From the NCBI GenBank assembly GCA_002269645.1, contig NIVC01002755.1, positions 1 through 64,000 on the forward strand: a stretch of DNA of 64,000 bases, in the 5' to 3' direction. The position numbers and the translations under genes were made by a program. Positions 26,701-36,930 of this stretch are shown one piece after another. Within the stretch, counting starts at the first letter, position 1, and each line of letters opens with the position of its first letter. This stretch comes from Macrostomum lignano (Eukaryota). Under the pieces are notes generated by a model, which did not search any database, was not told where the DNA came from, and saw only the letters and a list, made by a program, of their open reading frames with translations.

Positions 26701-28273
26701 TCTCACACTACCTGTCTCACACTACCTGTCTCACACTACTTGCATCACACTACCTGTCTCACACTACCTGTCTCACACTACCTGTCTCACACCACCTGTC
26801 TCAGACCACCTGTCTCAGACCACCTGTCTCAGACCACCTGTCTCAGACCACCTGTCTCACACTACCTGTCTCACACTACCTGTCTCACACTACCTGTCTC
26901 ACACTACCTGTCTCACACTACCTGTCTCACACTACCTGTCTCACACTACCTGTCTCACACTACCTGTCTCACACCACCTGTCTCAGACCACTTGTCTCAG
27001 ACCACTTGTCTCAGACCACTTGTCTCAGACCACCTGTCTCAGACCACCTGTCTCAGACCACCTGTCTCACACCACCTGTCTCACACTACCTGTCTCACAC
27101 CACCTGTCTCACACTACCTGACTCATACTACCTGTCTCACACTACCTGTCTCGCACTACCTGTCTCACACTACCTGTCTCACACTACCTGTCTCACACTA
27201 CCTGTCTCACACTACCTGTCTCACACTACCTGTCTCACACTACCTGTCTCACACTACCTGTCTCACACCACCTGTCTCACACTACCTGTCTCACACTACC
27301 TGTCTCACACCACCTGTCTCACACTACCTGTCTCACACTACCTGTCCCACACCACCTGTCTCACACTACCTGTCTCATACTACCTGTCTCACACTACCTG
27401 TCTCACACTACCTGTCTCACACTACCTGTCTCACACTACCTGTCTCACACTACCTGTCTCACACTACCTGTCTCACACTACCTGTCTCACACTACCTGTC
27501 TCACACTACCTGTCTCACACTACCTGTCTCACACCACCTGTCTCACACTACCTGTCTCACACTACCTGTCTCACACTACCTGTCTCACACTACCTGTCTC
27601 ATACTACCTGTCTCACACTACCTGTCTCACACTACCTGTCTCACACTACCTGTCTCACACTACCTGTCTCACACTACCTGTCTCACACTACCTGTCTCAC
27701 ACTACCTGTCTCACACTACCTGTCTCATACTACCTGTCTCACACTACCTGTCTCACACTACCTGTCTCACACTACCTGTCTCACACTACCTGTCTCACAC
27801 TACCTGTCTCACACCACCTGTCTCACACCACCTGTCTCACACCACCTGTCTCACACTACCTGTCTCACACCACCTGTCTCACACCACCTGTCTCACACTA
27901 CCTGTCTCACACCACCTGTCTCACACTACCTGTCTCACACCACCTGTCTCACACTACCTGTCTCACACTACCTGTCTCACACCACCTGTCTCACACTACC
28001 TGTCTCACACTACCTGTCTCACACTAGTCTCACACCACCTGTCTCACACCACCTGTCTCACACTACCTGTCTCACACCACCTGTCTCACACCACCTGTCT
28101 CACACCACCTGTCTCACAGTACCTGTCTCACACCACCTGTCTCACACTACCTGTCTCACACATGTACCAAACCAGTGCTATCAGAAAGCCGTAAGCTACT
28201 CACCGATGTTCTGAGCAGCCGATAGTTGCCAGGCCCCCAGGCTCAGAAGGCAGGTAATGAGACAGATAGCCAT
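1..28273 (-). CDS. Giant secreted mosaic lectin-like protein (signal peptide plus repeated F5/8C, C-type lectin, kringle-like, F-type lectin and FAMeT-like domains); about 45 exons; 3' end lies beyond the left edge
   Basis: ATG at 28273 reads MAICLITCLLSLGAWQLSAAQNI, followed by a GTGAGT donor at 28203. Downstream exons traced by hand join in compatible phases at GT-AG sites, e.g. 25853-25700, 25058-24784, 24715-24586, 24286-24091, 24017-23800, 23504-23247, 22764-22642, 22567-22418, 22165-21938, 15044-14811, 14623-14454, 14196-13869. Domain calls come from motif recognition, not HMM search. Confidence 0.85.
1612..2171. repeat. (CTCTC)n pyrimidine microsatellite, intronic
   Basis: Direct inspection; includes an internal duplication. 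Confidence 0.97.
2428..3477 (+). pseudogene. Nested antisense 2-exon gene or pseudogene: signal peptide, TNFR/ephrin-receptor-like Cys repeat, F-type-lectin/discoidin-like domain
   Basis: Conceptual reading MR(fs)LTVAAAVLLVGICAQADG-ECLPGNY...HCRPCPPGLYS(fs)...GLTRCDWCPGGATT...TC; phase-1 GT-AG intron 2691-2897; exon 2 (fs) ...CKRTTDRKSATF...VRYRL...IVFLRNNHCC...GLKITL...MTLREIQL. Three -1 frameshifts are needed. Confidence 0.6.
3683..5190 (+). mobile_element. Decayed Ty3/Gypsy-type LTR retrotransposon (gag, protease, partial RT)
   Basis: Gag-like DDPDTAEAWLLSF; paired zinc knuckles CQYCGGSH...FCNKKNHFAAVC; VKINGKELQMQVD; RT N-terminus IIEPVTE...EWASPIVCV.KPNGNVRICADY...DLSDDYLQ; many stops and frameshifts. 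Confidence 0.85.
5810..6765 (-). CDS. Supermodule 2: second F-type lectin domain
   Basis: LSRNRPT...GLAVDGNFANLALSGRCFQSD...YWLVDLQALHRVVFIFI | NEEMQGVSVFI... | NFSVCEFEVYGY. Confidence 0.75.
6203..6485 (-). mobile_element. tRNA-derived SINE, copy 1
   Basis: Minus-strand head TAGCCGATTGGTTAGAGCG (A box) ... GGTTCGATTC (B box); body with GTGTCCTTGAGCAAG and GTAAAATGGGTGCCAGC; AT-rich tail; homologous copy at 10633-10919. Confidence 0.8.
6830..8292 (-). CDS. Supermodule 2: FAMeT-like domain, polybasic site and F5/8C domain
   Basis: RRYIIALSGNGSHV...DDFASISVGW...VNKIGY; SKRKKRS; DIYVQ|AIFNYQTRIFALALSG...YVTSFRLAVSDDGRYW | ...VRGLRLFPVKWVRKLELKWQLYGC. Confidence 0.75.
7004..7331 (-). repeat. 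8 x 41-bp tandem array forming an entire intron
   Basis: Minus-strand unit GTGGATGATGGTAAAATTGCAGTCGGTTATCAATTTCAAAG; intron 7335-7004 = 4 + 8x41 nt. Confidence 0.95.
8380..9295 (-). CDS. Supermodule 2: kringle-like domain plus F-type lectin domain
   Basis: YPVNITAGGKACLQNLW...FNNYCISRKYD...APHCYVDSSTMEAC (kringle-like); YFNGQKL...LLLDLKSPH | FGIRLLTGSAWN...QQCG...IPC...SRFLAIVK...LNITSLIVYG. Confidence 0.7.
9900..10470 (-). CDS. Supermodule 2: C-type lectin domain
   Basis: CPPGFAPHGDLCYHLSPVKALWASAQAMC...LHVGMTRNRTGWHWLDGSP...FACQ. Confidence 0.85.
10633..10919 (-). mobile_element. tRNA-derived SINE, copy 2
   Basis: TAGCCTAGTGGTTAGAGCG A box and GGTTCGAT B box; same body as 6203-6485. Confidence 0.8.
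10960..11870 (-). CDS. Supermodule 2: F5/8C and discoidin-like domains
   Basis: QKLLIFLPQVFRLTGLLMQGG...VRTFKIQYAPSGD; AKLLKLELLNYCRMVQLKLDLLGHP; LSVSFGTVHHLNSIVI. Confidence 0.75.
12180..13790 (-). CDS. Supermodule 1: second F5/8C domain and second F-type-lectin-like domain (several small exons)
   Basis: EYKQ|ATFSSSITVFVVAMQG; RRFESRWMLYGCKS; NENIIDGWRDSF...PWVAINFLTPRQIEFVLIWG. Exon limits approximate. Confidence 0.6.
13143..13389. repeat. Degenerate C-rich hexamer repeat (CCCTAC/CCCAAC), intronic
   Basis: Direct inspection. Confidence 0.9.
13869..14623 (-). CDS. Supermodule 1: farnesoic-acid O-methyltransferase-like (Methyltransf_FA) domain
   Basis: TRWEVVIGGNGSHVSAL...DDFQPVKLSWTTRSLNLSV...IQNIGY resembles the YEIVIGGWGN...EFRxFWISW...IGF pattern of this family. 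Confidence 0.6.
14299..14416. repeat. About 5 x 22-bp CA-rich repeat, intronic
   Basis: ACACTCACACATTCACTCACCC units. Confidence 0.85.
14811..22567 (-). CDS. Supermodule 1: kringle-like remnant plus F-type lectin (FTP) domain, split by a 6.9-kb satellite intron
   Basis: GMAASGNACLTQSTCR; YYFNGIRM...WRLLVDLKSTH | AGRLNNFTVRVGHTWN...C...CGASVCGRYAVFL...LSISRLQIV matches the fucolectin-fold pattern. Confidence 0.7.
15086..21934. repeat. 6.85-kb intronic minisatellite, 32/35-bp unit, about 200 copies
   Basis: CTGCCTGCTCAGACAC(TAC)TTGATCAAGAAGGCAT; starts 3 nt inside the GTAAG donor at 21937. Confidence 0.97.
22800..23047. repeat. 18-bp intronic minisatellite
   Basis: GACTCCCAGTGACATTTT / GACTGCCAGTGACATTTT units. 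Confidence 0.93.
23535..23770. repeat. 4 x 57-bp intronic tandem repeat
   Basis: TGCTTGCCCCACCACAGCTGGCC... repeated four times. Confidence 0.93.
23800..24286 (-). CDS. Supermodule 1: C-type lectin domain (2 exons)
   Basis: CPPGWVSSASVCWHIEDTATTWAVASQIC...FLVGLRRNSTNQWEWSDGS...NCAAL...DVDCSQQLPFVCE has the canonical CTLD Cys/Trp pattern; phase-2 intron 24090-24018. Confidence 0.88.
24455..24583. repeat. (AACTC/AACCC)n pentamer repeat starting at a splice donor
   Basis: The minus strand reads GTGAGTTGGGTTGAG... from the donor at 24585. Confidence 0.88.
24586..26333 (-). CDS. Supermodule 1: F5/8C (discoidin) and discoidin-like domains (4 exons)
   Basis: YYVRVYFPFNFTITGFVLFGN...; LLHFVPIQPYITYTFQMDIVGYP (discoidin C-terminal strand pattern); VTVSFSRISYLTSFVLSNLP...SSFWMSF. 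The exon-2 acceptor at 26333 is inferred from phase. Confidence 0.65.
25052..25686. repeat. 13-bp intronic minisatellite (GGGATCGGGATCT)n, about 49 near-perfect copies
   Basis: Direct inspection; the last minus-strand unit supplies the CCCAG acceptor at 25059. Confidence 0.96.
26341..28160. repeat. 14-bp minisatellite (ACTACCTGTCTCAC)n, about 130 copies, filling intron 1
   Basis: Direct inspection; the minus-strand unit contains CAG|GTAG or CAG|GTGG. Confidence 0.96.
28204..28273 (-). CDS. Exon 1 of the mosaic lectin gene: signal peptide
   Basis: 23 codons +1 nt; hydrophobic core CLITCLLSLGAW and small-residue end SAA-Q; perfect G|GTGAGT donor. Confidence 0.75.
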
Positions 28274-28890
28274 TGTCTCTATGGAAACCAGTCTGACCTC
28301 AGCCTTGCTTTGGAAATTGCAAGTTTTGTGCAAATAAATTCTATCTTCAGATTTGAAATTCAGTTGGGAATTTCAGGGTGGGATCTGCGGCAGCTTACTC
28401 AGGCGGCCAATATCACAGGCATTTATTTCCTGCCACACTGGCGCACCTGTGCTTATCGCTGTCACCATGGAAACAGAAAAATATTGCAGATTTTTGGCAT
28501 CAGGGTGAAACAGAAGCCGCTCATTAAAGGAGAGGCTGACTGAATCTGCCAGCGGATTTCAATGAAATCAAATCAAATTAAAAGAAAAAACGCTTGAAAG
28601 TCAAAAGGAAAATATTTTCAGATTTTCATTTTTCGTGCGATTTAAAAATCAGCTCAAAGGAGCAGGTGAAGTTGGTCCTTGAAGCCAATTATCGCAATTA
28701 AATATCAATATTCACTCGAAAGACTGAATTGTCTTTCATTTTATTTTCATCTTCATACTCTTTATTACTTTTTATCAGCCCTACTATTAGTAAGTAGGGA
28801 GCGCTTGAAAAAATAAAAATGAGAAGAAAAAACTTGGCGAAAATATTTTAATCAACTAATGAGGCCACGAAATGAGACATTTCAGTTCAA

Positions 28891-31800
28891 ACCCGGACCC
28901 GTTGAGTCATCGCACTTCTAAGTGAGACCTGGACCCATTTAGTCATCACTTTTCTAAGGGCGACCTGGACCCATTGAGTCATCACTTTTCTAAGGGCGAC
29001 CTGGACCCATTGAGTCATCACTCTTCTAAGTGAGACCTGGACCCATTGAGTCATCACTCTTCTAAGTGAGACCTGGACCCATTGAGTCATCACTCTTCTA
29101 AGTGAGACCTGGACCCATTGAGTCATCACTCTTCTAAGTGAGACCTGGACCCATTGAGTCATCACTCTTCTAAGTGAGACTTGGACCCATTGAGTCATCA
29201 CTCTTCTAAGTGAGACCTGGACCCATTGAGTCATCACTCTTCTAAGTGAGACCTGGACCCATTGAGTCGTCACTCTTCTAAGTGAGACCTGGACCCATTG
29301 AGTCATCACTCTTCTAAGTGAGACTTGGACCCATTGAGTCATCACTCTTCTAAGTGAGACTTGGACCCATTGAGTGATCACTCTTCTAAGTGAGACCTGG
29401 ACCCATTGAGTCATCACTCTTCTAAGTGAGACCTGGACCCATTGAGTCATCACTCTTCTAAGTGAGACCTGGACCCATTGAGTCATCACTCTTCTAAGTG
29501 AGACTTGGACCCATTGAGTGATCACTCTTCTAAGTGAGACCTGGACCCATTGAGTCATCACTCTTCTAAGTGAGACTTGGACCCATTGAGTCATCACTCT
29601 TCTAAGTGAGACCTGGACCCATTGAGTCATCACTCTTCTAAGTGAGACCTGGACCCATTGAGTCATCACTCTTCTAAGTGAGACTTGGACCCATTGAGTC
29701 ATCACTCTTCTAAGTGAGACCTGGACCCATTGAGTCATCACTCTTCTAAGTGAGACCTGGACCCATTGAGTCATCACTCTTCTAAGTGAGACTTGGACCC
29801 ATTGAGTCATCACTCTTCTAAGTGAGACCTGGACCCATTGAGTCATCACTCTTCTAAGTGAGACCTGGACCCATTGAGTGATCACTCTTCTAAGTGAGAC
29901 CTGGACCCATTGAGTGATCACTCTTCTAAGTGAGACCTGGACCCATTGAGTCATCACTCTTCTAAGTGAGACCTGGACCCATTGAGTCATCACTCTTCTA
30001 AGTGAGACCTGGACCCATTGAGTCATCACTCTTCTAAGTGAGACCTGGACCCATTGAGTCATCACTCTTCTAAGTGAGACCTGGACCCATTGAGTCATCA
30101 CTCTTCTAAGTGAGACTTGGACCCATTGAGTCATCACTCTTCTAAGTGAGACCTGGACCCATTGAGTCATCACTCTTCTAAGTGAGACCTGGACCCATTG
30201 AGTCATCACTCTTCTAAGTGAGACTGGACCCATTGAGTCATCACTCTTCTAAGTGAGACCTGGACCCATTGAGTCACTCTTCAATGTGAGACCTGGACCC
30301 ATTGAGTCATCACTCTTCTAAGTGAGACCTGGACCCATTGAGTCATCACTCTTCTAAGTGAGACCTGGACCCATTGAGTCATCACTCTTCTAAGTGAGAC
30401 CTGGACCCATTGAGTCATCACTCTTCTAAGTGAGACTGGACCCATTGAGTCATCACTCTTCTAAGTGAGACCTGGACCCATTGAGTCATCACTCTTCTAA
30501 GTGAGACCTGGACCCATTGAGTCATCACTCTTCTAAGTGAGACCTGGACCCATTGAGTCATCACTCTTCTAAGTGAGACCTGGACCCATTGAGTCATCAC
30601 TCTTCTAAGTGAGACCTGGACCCATTGAGTCATCACTCTTCTAAGTGAGACCTGGACCCATTGAGTCATCACTCTTCTAAGTGAGACTGGACCCATTGAG
30701 TCATCACTCTTCTAAGTGAGACCTGGACCCATTGAGTCATCACTCTTCTAAGTGAGACCTGGACCCATTGAGTCATCACTCTTCTAAGTGAGACCTGGAC
30801 CCATTGAGTCATCACTCTTCTAAGTGAGACCTGGACCCATTGAGTCACTCTTCAATGTGAGACCTGGACCCATTGAGTCATCACTCTTCTAAGTGAGACT
30901 TGGACCCATTGAGTCATCACTCTTCTAAGTGAGACCTGGACCCATTGAGTCACTCTTCAATGTGAGACCTGGACCCATTGAGTCATCACTCTTCTAAGTG
31001 AGACTTGGACCCATTGAGTGATCACTCTTCTAAGTGAGACCTGGACCCATTGAGTCATCACTCTTCTAAGTGAGATTTGGACCCATTGAGTCATCACTCT
31101 TCTAAGTGAGACTTAGGACCCATTGAGTCATCACTCTTCTAAGTGAGACCTGGACCCATTGAGTCATCACTCTTCTAAGTGAGACCTGGACCCATTGAGT
31201 CATCACTCTTCTAAGTGAGACCTGGACCCATTGAGTCATCACTCTTCTAAGTGAGACCTGGACCCATTGAGTCATCACTCTTCTAAGTGAGACCTGGACC
31301 CATTGAGTCATCACTCTTCTAAGTGAGACCTGGACCCATTGAGTCATCACTCTTCTAAGTGAGACCTGGACCCATTGAGTCATCACTCTTCTAAGTGAGA
31401 CCTGGACCCATTGAGTCATCACTCTTCTAAGTGAGACTTGGACCCATTGAGTCATCACTCTTCTAAGTGAGACCTGGACCCATTGAGTCATCACTCTTCT
31501 AAGTGAGACCTGGACCCATTGAGTCATCACTCTTCTAAGTGAGACTTGGACCCATTGAGTCATCACTCTTCTAAGTGAGACCTGGACCCATTGAGTGATC
31601 ACTCTTCTAAGTGAGACCTGGACCCATTGAGTCATCACTCTTCTAAGTGAGACCTGGACCCATTGAGTCATCACTCTTCTAAGTGAGACCTGGACCCATT
31701 GAGTCACTCTTCAATGTGAGACCTGGACCCATTGAGTCATCACTCTTCTAAAAGAGACTTGGACCCATTGAGTCATCACTCTTCTAAGTGAGACCTGGAC

Positions 31801-34800
31801 CCATTGAGTCATCACTCTTCTAAGTGAGACTTGGACCCATTGAGTCATCACTCTTCTAAGTGAGACTTAGACCCATTGAGTCATCACTCTTCTAAGTGAG
31901 ACTTGGACCCATTGAGTCATCACTCTTCTAAGTGAGACCTGGACCCATTGAGTCATCACTCTTCTAAGTGAGACCTGGACCCATTGAGTCATCACTCTTC
32001 TAAGTGAGACCTGGACCCATTGAGTCATCACTCTTCTAAGTGAGACCTGGACCCATTGAGTCACTCTTCTAAGTGAGACCTGGACCCATTGAGTCATCAC
32101 TCTTCTAAGTGAGACCTGGACCCATTGAGTCATCACTCTTCTAAGTGAGACCTGGACCCATTGAGTCATCACTCTTCTAAGTGAGACCTGGACCCATTGA
32201 GTCATCACTCTTCTAAGTGAGACCTGGACCCATTGAGTCATCACTCTTCTAAGTGAGACTTGGACCCATTGAGTCATCACTCTTCTAAGTGAGACCTGGA
32301 CCCATTGAGTCATCACTCTTCTAAGTGAGACCTGGACCCATTGAGTCATCACTCTTCTAAGTGAGACCTGGACCCATTGAGTCATCACTCTTCTAAGTGA
32401 GACCTGGACCCATTGAGTCACTCTTCAATGTGAGACCTGGACCCATTGAGTCATCACTCTTCTAAGTGAGACTTGGACCCATTGAGTCATCACTCTTCTA
32501 AGTGAGACCTGGACCCATTGAGTCACTCTTCAATGTGAGACCTGGACCCATTGAGTCATCACTCTTCTAAGTGAGACTTGGACCCATTGAGTGATCACTC
32601 TTCTAAGTGAGACCTGGACCCATTGAGTCATCACTCTTCTAAGTGAGATTTGGACCCATTGAGTCATCACTCTTCTAAGTGAGACTTAGACCCATTGAGT
32701 CATCACTCTTCTAAGTGAGACTTGGACCCATTGAGTCATCACTCTTCTAAGTGAGACCTGGACCCATTGAGTCATCACTCTTCTAAGTGAGACCTGGACC
32801 CATTGAGTGATCACTCTTCTAAGTGAGACCTGGACCCATTGAGTCATCACTCTTCTAAGTGAGACCTGGACCCATTGAGTCATCACTCTTCTAAGTGAGA
32901 CCTGGACCCATTGAGTCATCACTCTTCTAAGTGAGACCTGGACCCATTGAGTCATCACTCTTCTAAGTGAGACCTGGACCCATTGAGTCATCACTCTTCT
33001 AAGTGAGACTTGGACCCATTGAGTCATCACTCTTCTAAGTGAGACCTGGACCCATTGAGTCATCACTCTTCTAAGTGAGACCTGGACCCATTGAGTCATC
33101 ACTCTTCTAAGTGAGACTTGGACCCATTGAGTCATCACTCTTCTAAGTGAGACCTGGACCCATTGAGTCATCACTCTTCTAAGTGAGACCTGGACCCATT
33201 GAGTCATCACTCTTCTAAGTGAGACCTGGACCCATTGAGTCATCACTCTTCTAAGTGAGACCTGGACCCATTGAGTCACTCTTCAATGTGAGACCTGGAC
33301 CCATTGAGTCATCACTCTTCTAAGTGAGACTTGGACCCATTGAGTCATCACTCTTCTAAGTGAGACCTGGACCCATTGAGTCACTCTTCAATGTGAGACC
33401 TGGACCCATTGAGTCATCACTCTTCTAAGTGAGACCTGGACCCATTGAGTCATCACTCTTCTAAGTGAGACCTGGACCCATTGAGTCATCACTCTTCTAA
33501 GTGAGACCTGGACCCATTGAGTCATCACTCTTCTAAGTGAGACCTGGACCCATTGAGTCATCACTCTTCTAAGTGAGACCTGGACCCATTGAGTCATCAC
33601 TCTTCTAAGTGAGACCTGGACCCATTGAGTCATCACTCTTCTAAGTGAGACTTGGACCCATTGAGTGATCACTCTTCTAAGTGAGACCTGGACCCATTGA
33701 GTCATCACTCTTCTAAGTGAGACCTGGACCCATTGAGTCATCACTCTTCTAAGTGAGACCTGGACCCATTGAGTCATCACTCTTCTAAGTGAGACCTGGA
33801 CCCATTGAGTCACTCTTCAATGTGAGACCTGGACCCATTGAGTCATCACTCTTCTAAGTGAGACTTGGACCCATTGAGTCATCACTCTTCTAAGTGAGAC
33901 CTGGACCCATTGAGTCACTCTTCAATGTGAGACCTGGACCCATTGAGTCATCACTCTTCTAAGTGAGACTTGGACCCATTGAGTCATCACTCTTCTAAGT
34001 GAGACCTGGACCCATTGAGTCATCACTCTTCTAAGTGAGACTTGGACCCATTGAGTCATCACTCTTCTAAGTGAGACTTAGACCCATTGAGTCATCACTC
34101 TTCTAAGTGAGACTTGGACCCATTGAGTCATCACTCTTCTAAGTGAGACCTGGACCCATTGAGTCATCACTCTTCTAAGTGAGACCTGGACCCATTGAGT
34201 CATCACTCTTCTAAGTGAGACCTGGACCCATTGAGTCATCACTCTTCTAAGTGAGACCTGGACCCATTGAGTCATCACTCTTCTAAGTGAGACTTGGACC
34301 CATTGAGTCATCACTCTTCTAAGTGAGACCTGGACCCATTGAGTCATCACTCTTCTAAGTGAGACCTGGACCCATTGAGTCATCACTCTTCTAAGTGAGA
34401 CTTGGACCCATTGAGTCATCACTCTTCTAAGTGAGACCTGGACCCATTGAGTCATCACTCTTCTAAGTGAGACCTGGACCCATTGAGTCATCACTCTTCT
34501 AAGTGAGACCTGGACCCATTGAGTCATCACTCTTCTAAGTGAGACCTGGACCCATTGAGTCACTCTTCAATGTGAGACCTGGACCCATTGAGTCATCACT
34601 CTTCTAAGTGAGACTTGGACCCATTGAGTCATCACTCTTCTAAGTGAGACCTGGACCCATTGAGTCACTCTTCAATGTGAGACCTGGACCCATTGAGTCA
34701 TCACTCTTCTAAGTGAGACTTGGACCCATTGAGTGATCACTCTTCTAAGTGAGACCTGGACCCATTGAGTCATCACTCTTCTAAGTGAGATTTGGACCCA

Positions 34801-35482
34801 TTGAGTCATCACTCTTCTAAGTGAGACTTAGACCCATTGAGTCATCACTCTTCTAAGTGAGACTTGGACCCATTGAGTCATCACTCTTCTAAGTGAGACC
34901 TGGACCCATTGAGTCATCACTCTTCTAAGTGAGACCTGGACCCATTGAGTCACTCTTCAATGTGAGACCTGGACCCATTGAGTCATCACTCTTCTAAGTG
35001 AGACCTGGACCCATTGAGTCATCACTCTTCTAAGTGAGACTTGGACCCATTGAGTCATCACTCTTCTAAGTGAGACCTGGACCCATTGAGTCATCACTCT
35101 TCTAAGTGAGACTTGGACCCATTGAGTCATCACTCTTCTAAGTGAGACCTGGACCCATTGAGTCATCACTCTTCTAAGTGAGACCTGGACCCATTGAGTC
35201 ACTCTTCAATGTGAGACCTGGACCCATTGAGTCATCACTCTTCTAAGTGAGACTTGGACCCATTGAGTCATCACTCTTCTAAGTGAGACTTGGACCCATT
35301 GAGTCATCACTCTTCTAAGTGAGACCTGGACCCATTGAGTCATCACTCTTCTAAGTGAGACCTGGACCCATTGAGTCATCACTCTTCTAAGTGAGACCTG
35401 GACCCATTGAGTCATCACTCTTCTAAGTGAGACCTGGACCCATTGAGTCTCTTTTCAATGTGAGACCTGGACCCATTGAGTT
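28891..35482. repeat. 6.6-kb 36-bp tandem array (about 180 copies) upstream of the lectin gene
   Basis: CTGGACCCATTGAGTCATCACTCTTCTAAGTGAGAC; degenerate at both edges; contains TGAGTCA. Confidence 0.97.
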
Positions 35483-36444
35483 ACTGGTGTGAAACAGGCT
35501 CAATATGCTATAACGTTCTAATTATTGTTTTGCAGAATTTCATGCGCAGCCAGTTTCAAATTATCAGAATTTCTGACCAAAAAGTCAAATGACACCCAGA
35601 GCCTTTTAACTTTAACTTCGGTTAAACTTGCGGAAAATCTTTCCAATCGTTAATCCCTGTATTTATGGGCCTACTTTACAACCCTAGAATTTTTTTGCAT
35701 TTCTTGTTGCAAGATCCAGCCAGCCGAGTGCATAGCGGATGCATCTCTGCCTACTGCAGGGCCGCAGAGGCCAGTAGGCAGGCCTGCAAATGCATAGGGT
35801 AATAAACACCAGCTTTTGTTTATCTTACCCAGCCTCAGCCCCCCTCCATCATTAATTAGCTGCACCCCTGCATGCAGGCAGATGGCGGCCAGACCCCAGA
35901 GATGCAGCTCACGCTCAGGCCCCTGCTCAGCTCAGCAGAGTCCAGCGGAGAGAAAATTACACAGTTTCAAGACTGTTATTAGCACTGGCGCACACCTGAG
36001 ACCCACCTTGACGCGACCCACCCGAGTCGAGAGGCGCTGGAGGGCGAAGCTCAACAGTCGCGGCTACGCTGCCCGACTTCCAGCTGCGTAGGGGCGGGGC
36101 GGCCTCAGCAGTTGAGCAGCCGCACAAAATGAGCAAAATAAAGTCTGAGCTGAGCTGTGATGGAGAGAGAGAGACTGCCGGGAAAGTGGAATTAATTTTC
36201 TCATGGCTGGCTGCCACATGGCAAGTGCAAGGCTGCAAGGCTCTGCCTTTTTTAATTTAAATTGCCAAGGTCGGTCTGGGCGCCGCAGTCACTCGGGAGG
36301 AGTCTTGAGTCAAATTTTGGCCATCCTGTGCCCTGCCAGTGCGCTGCTCTGCATCTGCGAGTGCCTGGCAACAACTGGGTTTAGCCAGGGACTTAAAGCT
36401 GGATGAGACAACAGAAGATGGAAATAAGGTGGCGCGTGGCTTTA

Positions 36445-36930
36445 CTGTTCACAAACCTTACAACCAATAAACCTCACAACCAACAAACCCTAAAAACAAC
36501 AAAATTCAGAACCGACAAAACCTCACAACCAACAAACCTCACAACCAAAAAACCTCACAACCAACAAACCTCACAACCAACAAACCTCACAACCAACAAA
36601 CCTCACAACCAACAAACCTCACAACCAACAAACCTCACAACCAACAAACCTCACAACCAACAAACCTCACAACCAACAAACCTCACAACCAACAAACCTC
36701 ACAACCAACAAAACTCACAACCAACAAACCTCACAACCAACAAAACTCACAACCAACAAACCCTAAAAAACAACAAAATTTTTAACCGACAAACCTCACA
36801 ACCAACAAACCTCACAACCAACAAACCTCACAAACAACAATCCTCACAAACAACAAACCACCTCACAAAGAACAAACCTCACAATCGACAAACTTCAAAA
36901 ATCCGCAAGCCTCACAAACAACAAACTCCC
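36445..36930. repeat. 16-bp minisatellite (AACCAACAAACCTCAC)n with degenerate flanks
   Basis: Direct inspection. Confidence 0.9.

Noticed and set aside
26149-28214. 681-, 546- and 322-aa His/Ser/Thr-rich ORFs
   Set aside because: These are translations of the 14-bp satellite on the antisense strand of intron 1.
28891-35482. CRISPR array, or long ORFs (MTQWVQVSLRRV)n
   Set aside because: No spacers; the ORFs exist only because the 36-bp unit lacks a stop in one frame.
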